64,000 nucleotides of DNA from Mobula hypostoma (lineage: Eukaryota), in NCBI RefSeq assembly GCF_963921235.1, contig NC_086097.1:16430001-16494000 (forward strand), read 5' to 3'. The notes beneath the pieces were generated by a model. The model worked only from the letters and a program-made list of their open reading frames with translations. It did not search any database and was not told where the DNA came from. A program made the position numbers and the translations under genes. Of this stretch, positions 50,951 to 64,000 are shown piece by piece (the stretch's first letter is position 1; every line of letters begins with the position of its first letter).

Positions 50951-52905
50951 CTAGGTGGAGAGGAAGGCACAGGAGGTTGGTGGAAACTTATTAGCAATCT
51001 TCTTTCCTTGGATTTATATGTGGAATTCAGGACTATGCCTATACATGACCCGATAGCTCTCTGCCAATAGAACCCTAAAACTGTGTATACTTTGAATGGC
51101 AAAAGTGAAATGGCAATATATACAATTTACTTCTTAAAATCAGTAGTATGGAAATTATCAATTTATTTTGGAGTTAATTCATTAACACCTTTAATCCAAT
51201 TATATGCCACCTCGGTGTGCACTGGAATATTTCCATCACATAATCTGCACCGAACCACTTCCGCTTCCTTGCTTTCATATGGAAGAACATTTCCCAGCAA
51301 CAGACTACCACCATCACTGTTAAAATTACTCCAAATCTAACGAGTAAGCCCTGTTTTAGTTTTCCTTACTTCCAGAATCTTCAGTTGTACTTTCCCTAAT
51401 GGAGGATCACCTACCTCTGTTTCATTTTCCAACTATAAGATATAGCAGCAGAATTAGGCCATTCAGCCCATCGAGATTGCTCAACCATTCTTGATTGTAT
51501 GACATCCACCTGCCAACTCGACATCATCTGAAAAAAGACAGATTGGTAAATGCTGTGATGTTTCACATAAATTTCCTTGAAACTGTACACTTATCATAGA
51601 GGTCAATATTCTCAGGCTGGTATCTACCTTTTGCTGCATTTCCTGGTTAATGCAATATAACCCAATAATCTCTCTCTCAATGCCAATCAATAGGACTAAT
51701 TAACATAGATGGACCTATTTTTAGAGATCTCTGACAACACTGTGCAACCTACAATGTATCAGTTTTTAGAACTAGTTTGATTGCTTAAATGGAATTATTT
51801 TTATTCCCACCCCCAAGCTGGCTTGGTTTGACAACTCTTTTAGTCCACAAGGGTTTCACATCAGTTCTTAGCAGGAAGGGGTGGGGAATATTTATTGTGA
51901 TTTACAAGATATTATGATATATAATAACTGGAAGGATTAGTAGGTCTTTTCATGTCATTCTTCATATAACAAATGGGTGAATTCTGCCTTTCCCCACAGG
52001 ATGTCTTAAGGCCTCTACTGGGTACCTTCCAGTAAAACTGAGGTTAAAGAAATGAGAATATATAATAATAATAATAATAACTTTATTGATCCCGAATGGG
52101 AAATTCTTTCATTACAGCAGCAATATTTAAAAACATACTGAGCAGTGTGCAGACTTAACTAATAATAAAGTACAGAATAATAATACACAATAATAATGTA
52201 CCAATGTGTGATAATAATGTACAAAAAGATAAAGCAGACTATTGTACTATGATGTGCTCTCCTGTCGCACAGAGATGAACTCTGAGAAAAGCAATGAAAA
52301 TATGAGAAAAGCAATTTTTTTAATACATAGGATATTCTTTGCTCTTTGAACACTTTCCTTTATATACTTACCTACTTCTTTTCAAAAGCTACCAGAGATT
52401 CAGATTCCATTGTTGTTTCTTACTCTAAATTCTTGTAAATTAGAAATGTTCTCCTAATATTTCCCTTCACTCTTTGACAATAATCTTAAATATTCAGTAG
52501 AATCATTTTTTTCCAATAATTATTTTGCGTAATAAGTATTTTGCGTAATGTTTATCCTTCCACTTCAATAAATGTTCACAGTAAATGAGGTAATAACAAC
52601 TTCAAGTTTTGATAATGCTTCATATGAATCTATGTCAGTAATAAAGTAAGAAGGAATCTAAAACCTGACATTTGTTGGCACCACAACCTATAACAGGGGC
52701 AAATTAAGTAAGGAAAAACATCTAATCATTAATATCTTTGTGTTCTTTAGCTACTTACTGTCCATGCTGCAATGTTTCCTATACTTAATTATCAACAAAC
52801 ATGTTATATTTTATCAAACGTGTTTGGAAATTACAAAACTCAACCTGCTCAACATTTCTTACTTAAATACACCACAATATTCCTTTAAATTAAAGCTTTC
52901 AGGAA

Positions 52906-53113
52906 TAACAAACAAGAGAAAATTTGCAGATGCTGGAAATCAAATACACACAAACTGCTGAAGGAACTCAGTAGGCCAGGCAGCATCTATGGAAAAGAGT
53001 AAACAGTCGACATTTCGGGCTGAGACCCTTCACCAGAACCTGAAACGTCGACTGTTTACTCTTTTCCATAGATGTTGCCTAGCCTGCTGAGTTCCTCCAG
53101 CATTTTGTGTGTA
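52906..53113. mobile_element. Penelope-terminus hairpin mini-element
   Basis: Left arm (~52946-53015) is inverted at ~53042-53113 (gaaacgtcgactgtttactcttttccatagatg...cagcattttgtgtgta). Confidence 0.85.
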
Positions 53114-53129
53114 TTACTTTCCTTTCAGT

Positions 53130-53525
53130 TCACGGGAATGTTCCTGGCAATATATGAAGAGTGATGGCTCTGGGCTTGTACTTGCTGGAGTTTAGAAGAA
53201 TGAGGGCCTGTGGGGGAGTCTAGGACCAAAGGGCACAGCCTCAAATACAAGAATGTCCCTTTGAAACAGAGATGAGGAGGAATTTCTTTAAGCAGAGGAT
53301 GGTGAATCTGTTGAATTTATTATCACCGTCAGTTGTGGAGGTCAAGTCAGTGGATGTATTTAAAGTGGAGGTTGACAGATTCTTGATTAGTATGAGTGTC
53401 AAAGGTTATGGGGAGAAGGCAAGAGAATGGGGTTGAGGGGTATAATAAATCAGCTGTGATGGAATGGTGGAGCAAACTCAACGGGCTGAATGGCCTAATT
53501 CTTCTCCTATGTTTTATCGTCTTAA
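53130..53525 (+). mobile_element. CR1 3' fragment
   Basis: ctggagtttagaagaatgagg...tggcctaattcttctcct. Confidence 0.8.
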
Positions 53526-53752
53526 ATTAACTCTGTATTAACTCCCATTTTTTCAAGCAAGCACAAATTCTTAACCTTTACTTATTGTTTCGGGACTAAA
53601 AATTACACAAGAATATCCACTTTTTCATTTAGAATTAGATGAATTGTGAGGTCTACAAAAGATTGATTTCTATATTAGTGGTTATATGGCTATTTAAATG
53701 ACTTTCATAGCACCACCATAATCTAGTTTGAAGATTTGCCACAATTCCTTTT

Positions 53753-54720
53753 AATACTTTATACTTCATTGTCGCCAAACAATTGATACTAGAACGTACA
53801 ATCATCACAGCGATATTTGATTCTGCGCTTCCTGCTCCCTGGAGTACAAATCGATAGTAAATATTAAAAATTTAAATTATAAATCATAAATAGGAAATAG
53901 AAAATGGAAAGTAAGGTAGTGCAAAAAAACCAAGAGGCAGGTCCGGATATTTGGAAGGTACAGCCCAGATTCGGGTCAGGATCCATTCAGCAGTCTTATC
54001 ACAGTTGGAAAGAAGCGGTGTAAAGTGAGCCAAAGAAGGAAGATTGGTTTCTGTGATGTGCTGCGCCATGTTCACGATCTTCTGCAGCTTCTTCTGGTCT
54101 TGGACAGGACAGACTTCCATACCAGGTTGTGATGCACCCTAGAAGAATGCTTTCTACGGTGCATCTATAAAAATTAGTGAGGGTTTTAGGGGACAGGTCA
54201 AATTTCTTTAGTTTTCTCAGGAAGTAAAGGCGTTGGTGGGCCTTCTCTGCAGTGGACTCCGCTTGGTTGGTCCAAGTCAGGTCATTTGTGATATTGACCC
54301 CAAGGAACTTAAAACTTTTGACCTGTTCCACTTGTGCATCACCGATGTAAATTGGGTCCTGCGGTCCGCTACTCCTTCTGAAGTCAACAACCAATTCCTT
54401 CGTCTTGCTGACGTTGAGGGATAGGTTATTGTCTTCGCACCATGCCACCAGGTTCTTAATTTCCTCTCTGTACTCAAACTCATCATTACCCGAGATACGG
54501 CCTACAATTGTTGTGTCATCAGCAAACTTATATATTGAGTTCGATGGAAACTTGGCTACAAAATCATTGGTGTACAGTGAGTACAGCAGGGGGCTGAGTA
54601 CACAGCCCTGTGGGGCACCGGTGTTCAGAGTGATTGTAGAGGAGAGCTTGTCCCCTATTTTTACAGCCTGGGTCCTGTCTGTGAGGAAGTTGAAGATCCA
54701 GCTGCAGATCTGAGTGCTAA
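53753..54720 (-). mobile_element. 5'-truncated Rex1-type LINE, well preserved RT
   Basis: ORF 53999-54772: [58 protein letters not shown]. Confidence 0.92.
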
Positions 54721-56223
54721 TACATGCACTTCTCAAGAGAACCTCTTGATACATTGAGCTATATTTGTACATTCCAAGTGTGTGGAATCATTGAGAAACT
54801 TGTAATTTAGACAACTTAGAAAACAGCATGTTTTTAATGCAATTTTCAGATTGAAATATTAAACATCTTGGTTGCAAGACTTTTTCATCCACATTCAAAC
54901 TTGCAGGAATGAAAGCTCAATAATAGAGATTGCATGGAACATTTAAAAATTAACCAGGAGTGAGTGATTAAGAATAGAAAATAAATTTTAAAATGCTGTA
55001 AAAATATCAATATTTAGGATACACAGAGCAGGACAGTCAGGGTCTGTGGAGAAAAGATATGTAATTTATAGGCACAGACCCACAGAATTTTTATTCCACC
55101 TTTCATCTATGTGTAACCCTTTCTCTGGGCTCATATACAAATTTGGCTCCTTAGCTAGTTCTGCTAAGAGTCATGTGAGAAGGCCGCCTTTCATATACAA
55201 TATACGTCTGGGGTCGGTATTAGATTAGATTATTAGATTATAAGGACATGCAGTCCTCTTTTATTGTCATTTAGTAATGCATGCATTAAGAAATGATACA
55301 ATGTTCCTCCAGTATCTTATCACAGAAACACAAGACAGACCCAGACTGAAAAACTGACAAAAAACACATAACTATAACATATAGTTACAACAGTGCAAAA
55401 CAATATTGTAATTTGATAAAGAACAGACCATGGGCACGGTAAAAAAAAGTCTTAAAGTTTCTCAAATGATTTGGGGTTCAACCAGACAGGAATATCATGA
55501 TGTTCTGATTAAAGAAATCTCGATTTGAGCGAATGCTGTGTAAATGCTCCCCATACAGAATTGTTGATTGTCCAGAAATAACAGATCATACACCGCATAA
55601 AATTATAAAGAAAGCATATTTAAAATTTTCAGCTTTATCAAACAGTTAATAGGAAAAAGAAAAGGAAAATAAGAAGGCCCATTACAGTTAAACCAGTTCA
55701 AGGTGCACAAAACTGTTGGAGTTCATACTGGAGTCGTCTTTTACTCACATGCTGGACCCACAGTCTGCGTGAAAGCACACACCACATTCCGAACTTCCCT
55801 CAAAGTCCAACTTGAACAAACTGGCTCTCCCTCAGGAGTATTGGCCTTTTCTCCTTGGAGCCATTCATCTGTATAAAGCACTTTGTGCAATGGGGACCCT
55901 CTTTCCAATGGCTTTCTGTGGAATATTCCCATCGTAGCTCCCGCCAAAAGCCCTCAAACCTGACTACTGTCCTTCAGAAAACTCTTTCCCACATTCCTGA
56001 TTGGCTGACTCACATTCCTAAGCTGAGCAGCAGGGCTTCTTATCTTAGCCGAAACCAAAACATTCAGACCAACTGCTGAAATGAACTACATACAGCATTG
56101 CAGCAGAAATCTTAACCAGGGCATTACATATACTTTTGTACAGATGTTCACAAGGTTCACGTGGGCCCATTTCTGTACTGTGACTCTGACTAAACCTTAA
56201 AGTTGTATAATGTATTTACAGCA

Positions 56224-56316
56224 ATACACACAAAATGCTGGTGGAACTCAGCAGGTCACGCAGCATCTATGGAAATGTGTAAATAGTTAACGTTTCAGGC
56301 CGAGACCCTTCTTCAG
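56224..56316 (-). mobile_element. Penelope terminus fragment with hammerhead core
   Basis: Minus strand CTGAAGAagggtctcggcctGAAACGTTaact. Confidence 0.7.
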
Positions 56317-56767
56317 CGTCACAAAATGCAAGCACTGTTATGAACTGGTGTGTGTAACAGGCATATTAAGAAAATGCAAATATTGCAAGGAGACTGCAAC
56401 TGATAAAATCATACGATGAATCAGAGATGCTACTGGTCAGATTTGCCTACAAAATGAAGCACTGGCATTCTGGAGTGCATTTTGTAATGAGATGTTCATT
56501 TCTGAGTTTATTGTCATCTGACTCTACATATACACAACCAAACAACGTTGCCCCAGAAAACGGTGCACCCACAATACATGTATCACACACAACATATAAT
56601 ACAAAATATTAGCATAAATAAGTTAATAAAATATAATTCAAAATGCATGTGAAGTGTGCAGCACAGGTAAACTTCGAATAGTTCAGTAAAAGGTAAACGG
56701 TTCGCCGCCCCAGTAATGAGACCTCAGTAGTGACCTCATTAGTATTCCAGTTTTGAGCAAGCTAACA

Positions 56768-56846
56768 CAGAACGACATTCATTGCCACCCTACTGGCAGG
56801 AGCGGCAGAACGACATTCATTGCCACCCTACTGGCAGGAGCGGCAG
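56768..56846. repeat. Perfect 38-bp tandem duplication
   Basis: cagaacgacattcattgccaccctactggcaggagcgg occurs at 56768 and 56806. Confidence 0.95.
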
Positions 56847-57349
56847 TTTTCCTGATAACTTGTAATGAGCAAAATACAGCAGCATTATTATAAACTGGAA
56901 GGCCGATCAATCCCCATTTAAAATTTGTGGAAGGTTAATGGAAAATCGAAGCTTATTTTTTTCTGCTGAAACAGCCTTGCAGGTATACATTCGAACATTG
57001 GGGAAAGAAGGAAAATTAGGATATCTTCAAATATTTGGGAGTTACTGATTCATACTCCTGCCCTCCCCTACCTCCTTTCCATCATCAGACACCTCAAAAT
57101 CAAGTAAGGGTATGAATGATAGTGTAGCTGGTGGCATGAGAACACTGGAGATGGAAAGAGCTGTATAAACAGGTTGTCACATCAGTTCCATTGTCATTCT
57201 TCCATAGTTATAGCTCTATCATTTCATTCAAGTACACAGGACTGTACATAATTAAGGATTACAGACACAAACCCGCACCACAACAATTCCGCGCTAAAAG
57301 CTGTTCCATGCATTGGATAAGAAACTGTAAATACAGCACAGATACAAAT

Positions 57350-57522
57350 ACAACAGAAGAGATTCCGCAGTTGCTGGAAATCCAGAGCAACACACACAAA
57401 GTGCTGGAGAAGCTCAGCAGGTCAGGCAGCATCGATGGAAAAGAATAAACAGTTGACGTTTTGGACTGAGGTCCTTCATCAGGCGGGTGAAGGGTCTCAG
57501 CCTGAAACGTTGACTGCTTATT
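57350..57522. mobile_element. Penelope-terminus mini-element with a short inverted second hammerhead half
   Basis: gttgacgttttggactgaggtccttcatcagg is followed by the inverted tgaagggtctcagcctgaaacgttgact. Confidence 0.75.
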
Positions 57523-58129
57523 CCAGTACAGAACTGCATTTTTCAGAGTAACAAAGTATTTCATGAAACGAAAACTCAAACTTAATTATAGGAATCTTCA
57601 AGTGAGAAAGTAATCCATTTATCCAACTGAAGCAAAAATTGCCCTGACTTAAATATTTATTCTGAATCTTTTTTAATCTTCAGAAATCTTTTTGAACTTT
57701 TACCAGCATTTCAAAAATCACATGAAATGAGGGTATTAATTGTTAGAATATTAAATTGTCACTAAATGTGAAGGCAGAATTGCCATCCAGCCCTGATGAT
57801 ACACAAGGAATAAATTATCATATTTAACCGGAGAGAAACGTGGGAGATTACTGCATTAATATTAAACTTTACACAACCTTAAATGTATAAATTCCAACAC
57901 ATTAACAATAGTTAAGTTCAAAGCTTATTTTCTGTCAAGTAAGTACACCTGGATAAAAATGCATATGAATTAGTTGAATGCATATAAATTGGAATAACTT
58001 CCAATTATTATGATTATTCAGATGAATTAGAATACTCCTTTGCTTCTTTCAAAACATCTCAAAAATTGTTCTAAAATATTAAAAGAAATGGATAAAACAA
58101 TGCACTTTTCAAAAATCATTCAGCCTTCC

Positions 58130-59810
58130 CCAACCAATAGCCCAGGTTGAACCAGCCAATCCACAATCTGCAGAGGGTCAGATCGGACATTCCAGTCTGA
58201 TGACCAAGAAAGTTACAGTAGCTCCAGGTACAATTTCCAGAATGCCATCTCACAGGCAAAGTAACAATTCTGGACTAAACTTGAATCAATGAAGGACACT
58301 CGACAGACGTGGCAGGACTTCAATGCTATCATCTCTTATAAAATTAAATCAAGGGACATAGGTGACAACACGGCTTTGCTTCCAGATGAGCTCAATGCCT
58401 TCTATGCTTGCTTTGACTATCAAAGCAATGAGGAACCATCATGAACTCTCACAGCCCATGATGATCCTGTGATTTCAGTTTCTTGAGGCCGATGTGCAAG
58501 CAGCCAAGACCTGTGCCGATCAACTTGTGGAGTGTTAACTTGTCGCTTTGGCAGTCTGAGCATCCTACCTGCTTCAAGTAATCTTCACTTATACCAATGC
58601 TTAAGAAGAAGTGGTGACCTACCTCAATGATTATTGTCCAGTAGCACTTACAACCACAGTGATGAAGTATTTTGAGAGGTTGTTGATGAAACATATCAAC
58701 TCCTGCTGAAAAGCGACTTGGATCTGCTCCAATTTACCTACCAGAGCAACAGGTCCACAGCAGATGCCATCTCATTGGGTCTTCAATCAACCTTGGAACA
58801 TCTGGACAGCAAAGGTGCATATATCAGGATTCTTTTACTGACTACAGCTTGGCAAACAATATCATACCCTCAGAACTATTCAATTAGCTTCAAGACCTTG
58901 GCCTCAATATTTTCTTGTGTAATTGGATCCTTGATTTCCTCACTTGTTAGTTCAGATTGGCAACAGCTCCTTCACAATCTCCATCATCACATGTGCACAG
59001 CAAGGCTTACTGACTTCAGGAGGAAACCACAGGTCTATAAGCCAGTCCTTACCAGAGAATCCACGGTGGAGAGGGTCAGAAAGTTTAAGTTTCTTGTTAT
59101 TATCATTTCTGAGGACCTGTCCTGAGCCCAGCATGTAAAGGCAATTACAAAGAAAGCCTCTACTTTCTTAGGAGTTTGTGTAGATTTGGCATGACATCTA
59201 AAAATCTGACAAACTTCTATAGATGTGCAGTGGAGAGTATATCGACTGACTGCATCATAGCCTGGCATGGAAACACCAATGCCCTTGAATGGAAAATCCT
59301 ACAAAAAGTAGTGGATATGGCCATCGTGGATAAAGCCCACCCCACCATTGAGCAGGTCTACATGAAGCGTTGTCGCAGGAGAGCAGCATCCACCAGAGAC
59401 CCACCCACCACCCAGCTGATGCTCTCTTCTTACTGCCGCCATCAGGTAGAAGGTACCGGAGCCTCAGCACTCACACCACCAGGTTCAGGAACATTTAATA
59501 ACCCTCAACCATCAGACTTCTGAACTTCACTCGCCCCATCATTGAAATGTTCTCACAACCTATGGACTCACTTTCAAGAACTCTTCATCTCATGTTCTCA
59601 ATAGCCATTGTTTATTTATTAATTATTATTATTTCTTTTTGTGCTTGCAGAGTTTGTTGTCTTTTGCACTCTGGTTGATCACCCTAGCTGGTGTGGTGTT
59701 TCATTGATTCTACTCTGGTTATTAGTCTGATAAGGATTTATCCAGTACACCTGCAAGAAAGCCAATCTCATGACACTTATGTACTTTGATAATAAGTTTA
59801 CTTTGAACTT
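58130..59810 (+). mobile_element. Old Rex1-type LINE, heavily degenerate
   Basis: DLLQFTYQSNRSTADAISL, ERVRKFKFL, LTNFYRCAVESI. Confidence 0.85.
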
Positions 59811-62696
59811 TATATTAACTTGGAAAGGGACAGCTAGATTAAAGGATACAGCTGTCCAGTTAATAAGTTAAAATGAAGTCTGAGTTTCAAAGCAACTTCA
59901 TAAAGTAGGTCTCTGGCTAAATCAAAGCAACTTAATGCTATGAATAGGAACTGATCAAGTGTAAGCATGGAGAGATAGCTTAGCATCTTTAAGAAAATGA
60001 TGTGTTAAATATTTTTCCTCAGGGCACCACGAAAGCCACCAGTATTGACAAAAGAAACCACTGCTACTGCTGATCAAACTGGATAATTCCTGAAGGACAT
60101 AGCTAGCAGATTGGCCCCTGACAGGTGGCAAAAGACCAACATGAAAAGGAAACTTACATGATCTCATCTATTCCTATACTTTGCTCCACAGGGATTTTCA
60201 TACAGCAACTGCAACAATTCTTTGTAATTCAAATATAGTGATGCTGGAAGTGTGAAATAAAACCAGATTAAAGAGAAAACACTAATCACTTGGGTGTTAA
60301 TAGCACCAATTTGGTATATGGTTCAGGCTATCGTCTTTTAAAAATCTTTTGTCACATTAAAACACCGCTGATCCTGATACACTGTAAAAAGATAGTGTAC
60401 CTCATGTACCCTCTTTTTTATAAGTCCAACAAACTTAAATTAAAAGGCACAATCTAAAAAAACTTCAAAATTAACTACTGCAGAATTCCCAAACCTGGGC
60501 ATTCCTGATGGGAATTATGGGAGAACTGACAGTTTTTTAAAAATTATAATGTGGGGCCATAGCTATTTATCTTAATTGAAATAATTAACAAGAACTCCAA
60601 AAGTAAGGTAAAATTGCTAAATGCACTTAAGTAGAAAATAAAGTATTAAAATTACAACAAAGAATGGGTTCTAAATTTACCAGTTCTCCTAGCTCTTAAC
60701 AATTTTTTAATTACAAAGGTGAAATCTAATGCTGCATAGCAAACAAAATGTTATGTAATTATTCAGTAATGCAGCTGATCTGAGATAAATGATATGGACT
60801 ATTCTATCATTATTACAAGTAACTGATATTTAAGTGGTTGGATACAAAACATATAAAAAAATCTTTGAAAACACACAGCAAGTCAGGCAGTGTTAGTGGA
60901 AGGAGAAACATGTTAACCACTTAGGTTGAAGATTTTTCAGTTTTGATTATTTTAGATTAACATCAAAATAGGTTTTGATTTTCACAAATAATGCATATGT
61001 TAGGGCTGTTGGCAATGGTAAATCTGGAAGGAAATTATGCAGTAAGAATAGCTTGGGAAACTGAACTAAAGATAACAAAACTAAATATTTTACTCTTTTG
61101 GAGAGGTGGGAATGGAGAAGACTCCATAGTCAAATAAATTAAACAAGAATAGTAAGGGTTTAAAAACAGGAAATGACTGGTCTAATGGGTATTTGGTTTA
61201 AAAGCTATTAATCAACAAAGGTACATTCATAGTGTGGTGGATATCCTACTCATCCACATCCATTTAGTTCATGAGCAGATTAGGAAAGCATTAAGGATTA
61301 TGGCTCTTGATCTACAAAAATATTGCCGAGTTTGAAGCACTAAATTATATAATCCATTAGCGTGGTTAAAAAATACAGGTTTCTAGCACTTGTAGTATTT
61401 TCCTTATTAGCAATGATCAATACTTAACTCTCCAGAGAATTCCAGTAAAGGCCATTGTAACTATTAAGAGAATGATTATTCTTAATGGATATTAAGAACC
61501 ACCCAGCTATGCACCTGGTAATTGGATTTGAGCACCCATTTGCAGTTTAAATGCTTCAAAAGCAATAAAGACAAAAATATCATTTGGAACATTCATCACT
61601 ACAAAACTGCAAGGGGAACTTGGAGTAAATCTTGTTTATAAATACAAATTGAGCTGATGGGTGGAAAAGCACAGGCAGATTAAATAATGCATTAGTTATG
61701 CTAGAAACTGAGAAATAGAATATTAATAGAATTATGCCAGAACCTAAATTCATGGTATGGCTTCAGTAATCTAGACAATTCTAGAGAATGAGTATCAGGA
61801 AAGATGTGAAATTTTATGAAGGATATGATGGAGCATGACTTCAAAGTTCTAAGGATGTAGGCCACAAGAATAAGTTAGAAAAATTAGAACCAATTTCTTA
61901 GAAGTATAGATAGAGATTTCCATGACGATGATGATCTTAGGTTATGAAAGAAAATTACTTTTTCCTCCTGGGAGGAGCGAATATCCATGGATCATAGATT
62001 TGAGTATATATGTCACCATGAGATTAATTTTCTTTCAGGCATTCACAGTAAATACAAAGAATCAATGAAAATGCACACAACAAATAAGGACAAACAACCA
62101 ATGTACAAAATACAACAAACTGTGCAAACATAGAAAGAACAGTTATAATAAATAGACAAGCAATAAATAGCGAGAACATGAGTTGCCAACTCCTTAGAGT
62201 CTAGAGGTTGTGGGAACAGTTCAGTGATGGGGAAAGTGAAGCTATCTGCTTTGGTTCAAGAGCCTGGTAGTTGAGGGGTTATGACTGTTCCTGAACCTGC
62301 TGGTGTGGGGCCAGAGGTTTCAATCCCCCTTTCTGATAGCAGCAGTGAGAAGTGAGCATGGTCTGGATGGTGCAGGATCCTTGATGATGGATGCTGCTTT
62401 CCTGCAAAAGAGCTCCTTGTAAATGTACTCAAAGATGGAGAAGGGTCTACCTGTGATGGGTTGCAAAACGACTAAAGGGAAGATGACTTTTTCAATGAGA
62501 ACTGTTGAGACTTGGAACTGGAAGGTAATAGAAGCTGATTCAATAAAGAATTAAAAATATTGTACAGATGTTTGAACTTAAGGAGCTTATAAAGTATGGG
62601 ATAATGCTATATCTCTTTTAAAAAGTCTAAGTTCAAATTAAGTCCTTTGCTGCATAGTTTTATAATACCTTTTGCAGAATAAATGCACTTACAGAA

Positions 62697-64000
62697 GATT
62701 ATAAGACCACAAGGCAAAGGAGCAGAAGTTGGCCATTTGGCCCATCGAGTCTGCTCCGCCATTTTATCATGAGCTGATCCATTCTCCCATTTAGTCCCAC
62801 TCCCCCGCCTTCTCACCATAACCTTTTTATGCCCTGACTACTCAGATACCTATCAATCTCTGCCTTAAATACACCCAATGACTTGGCCTCCAACTGCCAC
62901 CCGTGGCAACAAATTCCACAGATTCACCACTGTCCGGCTAAAAAAATTTCTTTGCATCTCTGTTCTGAATGGGCGCCCTCAATCCTTAAGTCATGCCCTC
63001 TCGTACTGGACTCTCCCACCACGGGAAACAACTTTGTCACCTCCACTCTGTCATTACCGTTCAACATTCAAAATGTTTCTATGAGGTCTCCCCTCATTCT
63101 TTTGAACTCCAAGGAATACAGTCCAAGAGCGGTCAAACGTTCCTCATATGTTAACCTTCTCATTCCCGGAATCAATCTAGTGAATCTTCACTGAACCCTC
63201 TCCAATGTCAGCACAAAGGAGCCCAAAACTGCACACAATACTCCAAGTGAGGTCTTACCAGTGCCTTACAGAGCCTCAACATCACATCCCTGTTCCTATA
63301 CTCTATTCCTCTAGAAATGAATGCCAACATTGCATTTGCCTTCTTCACCACCGACTCAACCTGGAGGTTAACCTTAAGCGTATCCTGCACAGGGACTCCC
63401 AAGAGTCTTTGAACTTTGAATTCTCTCCCTATTTAAGTAATAGTCTGCCTGTTTATTTCCTCTACCAAAGTGCATAACCATACACTTTCCAACATTGGAT
63501 TTCATTTGCCACTTCTTTACCCATACTCTCAATCTATCCAAGTCTCTCTGCAGACTCTCTGTTTCCTCAGTAATACCGGCCCCTCCACCTATCTTTGTAT
63601 CACCAGCAAACTTAGCCACAAAGCCATCTATTCCATAATCCAAATCGTTGATGTACAAAGTAAAAAGAAGCGGCTCCAAAACAGACCCCTGTGGAAACAG
63701 ACCACTGGTAACCGGCAGCCAACCAGAATGGGTTCCTTTTATTCCCACTCTCTGTTACCTGCCAATCAGCCAATGCTCTATCCATGTATGTAATTTTCCC
63801 GTAATTCCATGGGCTCTTATCTTGTTTAGCAGCGTCATGTATGGCACCTTGTCAAAGGCCTTCTGAAAATCCATATACACAACATCCACTGCATCTCCCT
63901 TGTCTAGCCTACTTGTAGTTTCCTCAAAAAATTGCAATAGGTTTGTCAGACAGGATTTTCCTTTAAGGAAACCATGCTGCATTCTGCCTATCTTGTCATC
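62697..64000 (-). mobile_element. CR1 RT and 3' end, runs off the window
   Basis: QHGFLKGKSCLTNLL, DFQKAFDKVP, PQGSVL, VRPHLEYCVQFW. Confidence 0.92.

Overview
This is vertebrate genomic DNA dominated by decayed transposable elements. The repeat set (CR1 LINEs, Penelope-like elements, Rex1-type LINEs, V-SINE-like and Deu-domain SINEs) points to a cartilaginous fish, probably a ray; that is an inference. The only confidently recognisable host coding sequence is the last exon of a Prospero/Prox homeobox gene (9000-9185, +). It is divergent from PROX1, so it is probably another paralogue. It is followed by what may be a long, TE-invaded 3' UTR. Several exon-like segments on the minus strand (38-60 kb) may belong to an unidentified convergent transcript. 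Almost all ORFs in the track are TE fragments or chance. I found no clear novel biological system. The best leads are Penelope-derived hammerhead ribozyme motifs (small hairpin mini-elements, plus one copy in sense just after the Prox stop), modular SINEs, a nested hAT composite, a Gypsy LTR with inverted pol, and the candidate antisense gene. TE boundaries are approximate unless a TSD or TIR is quoted.
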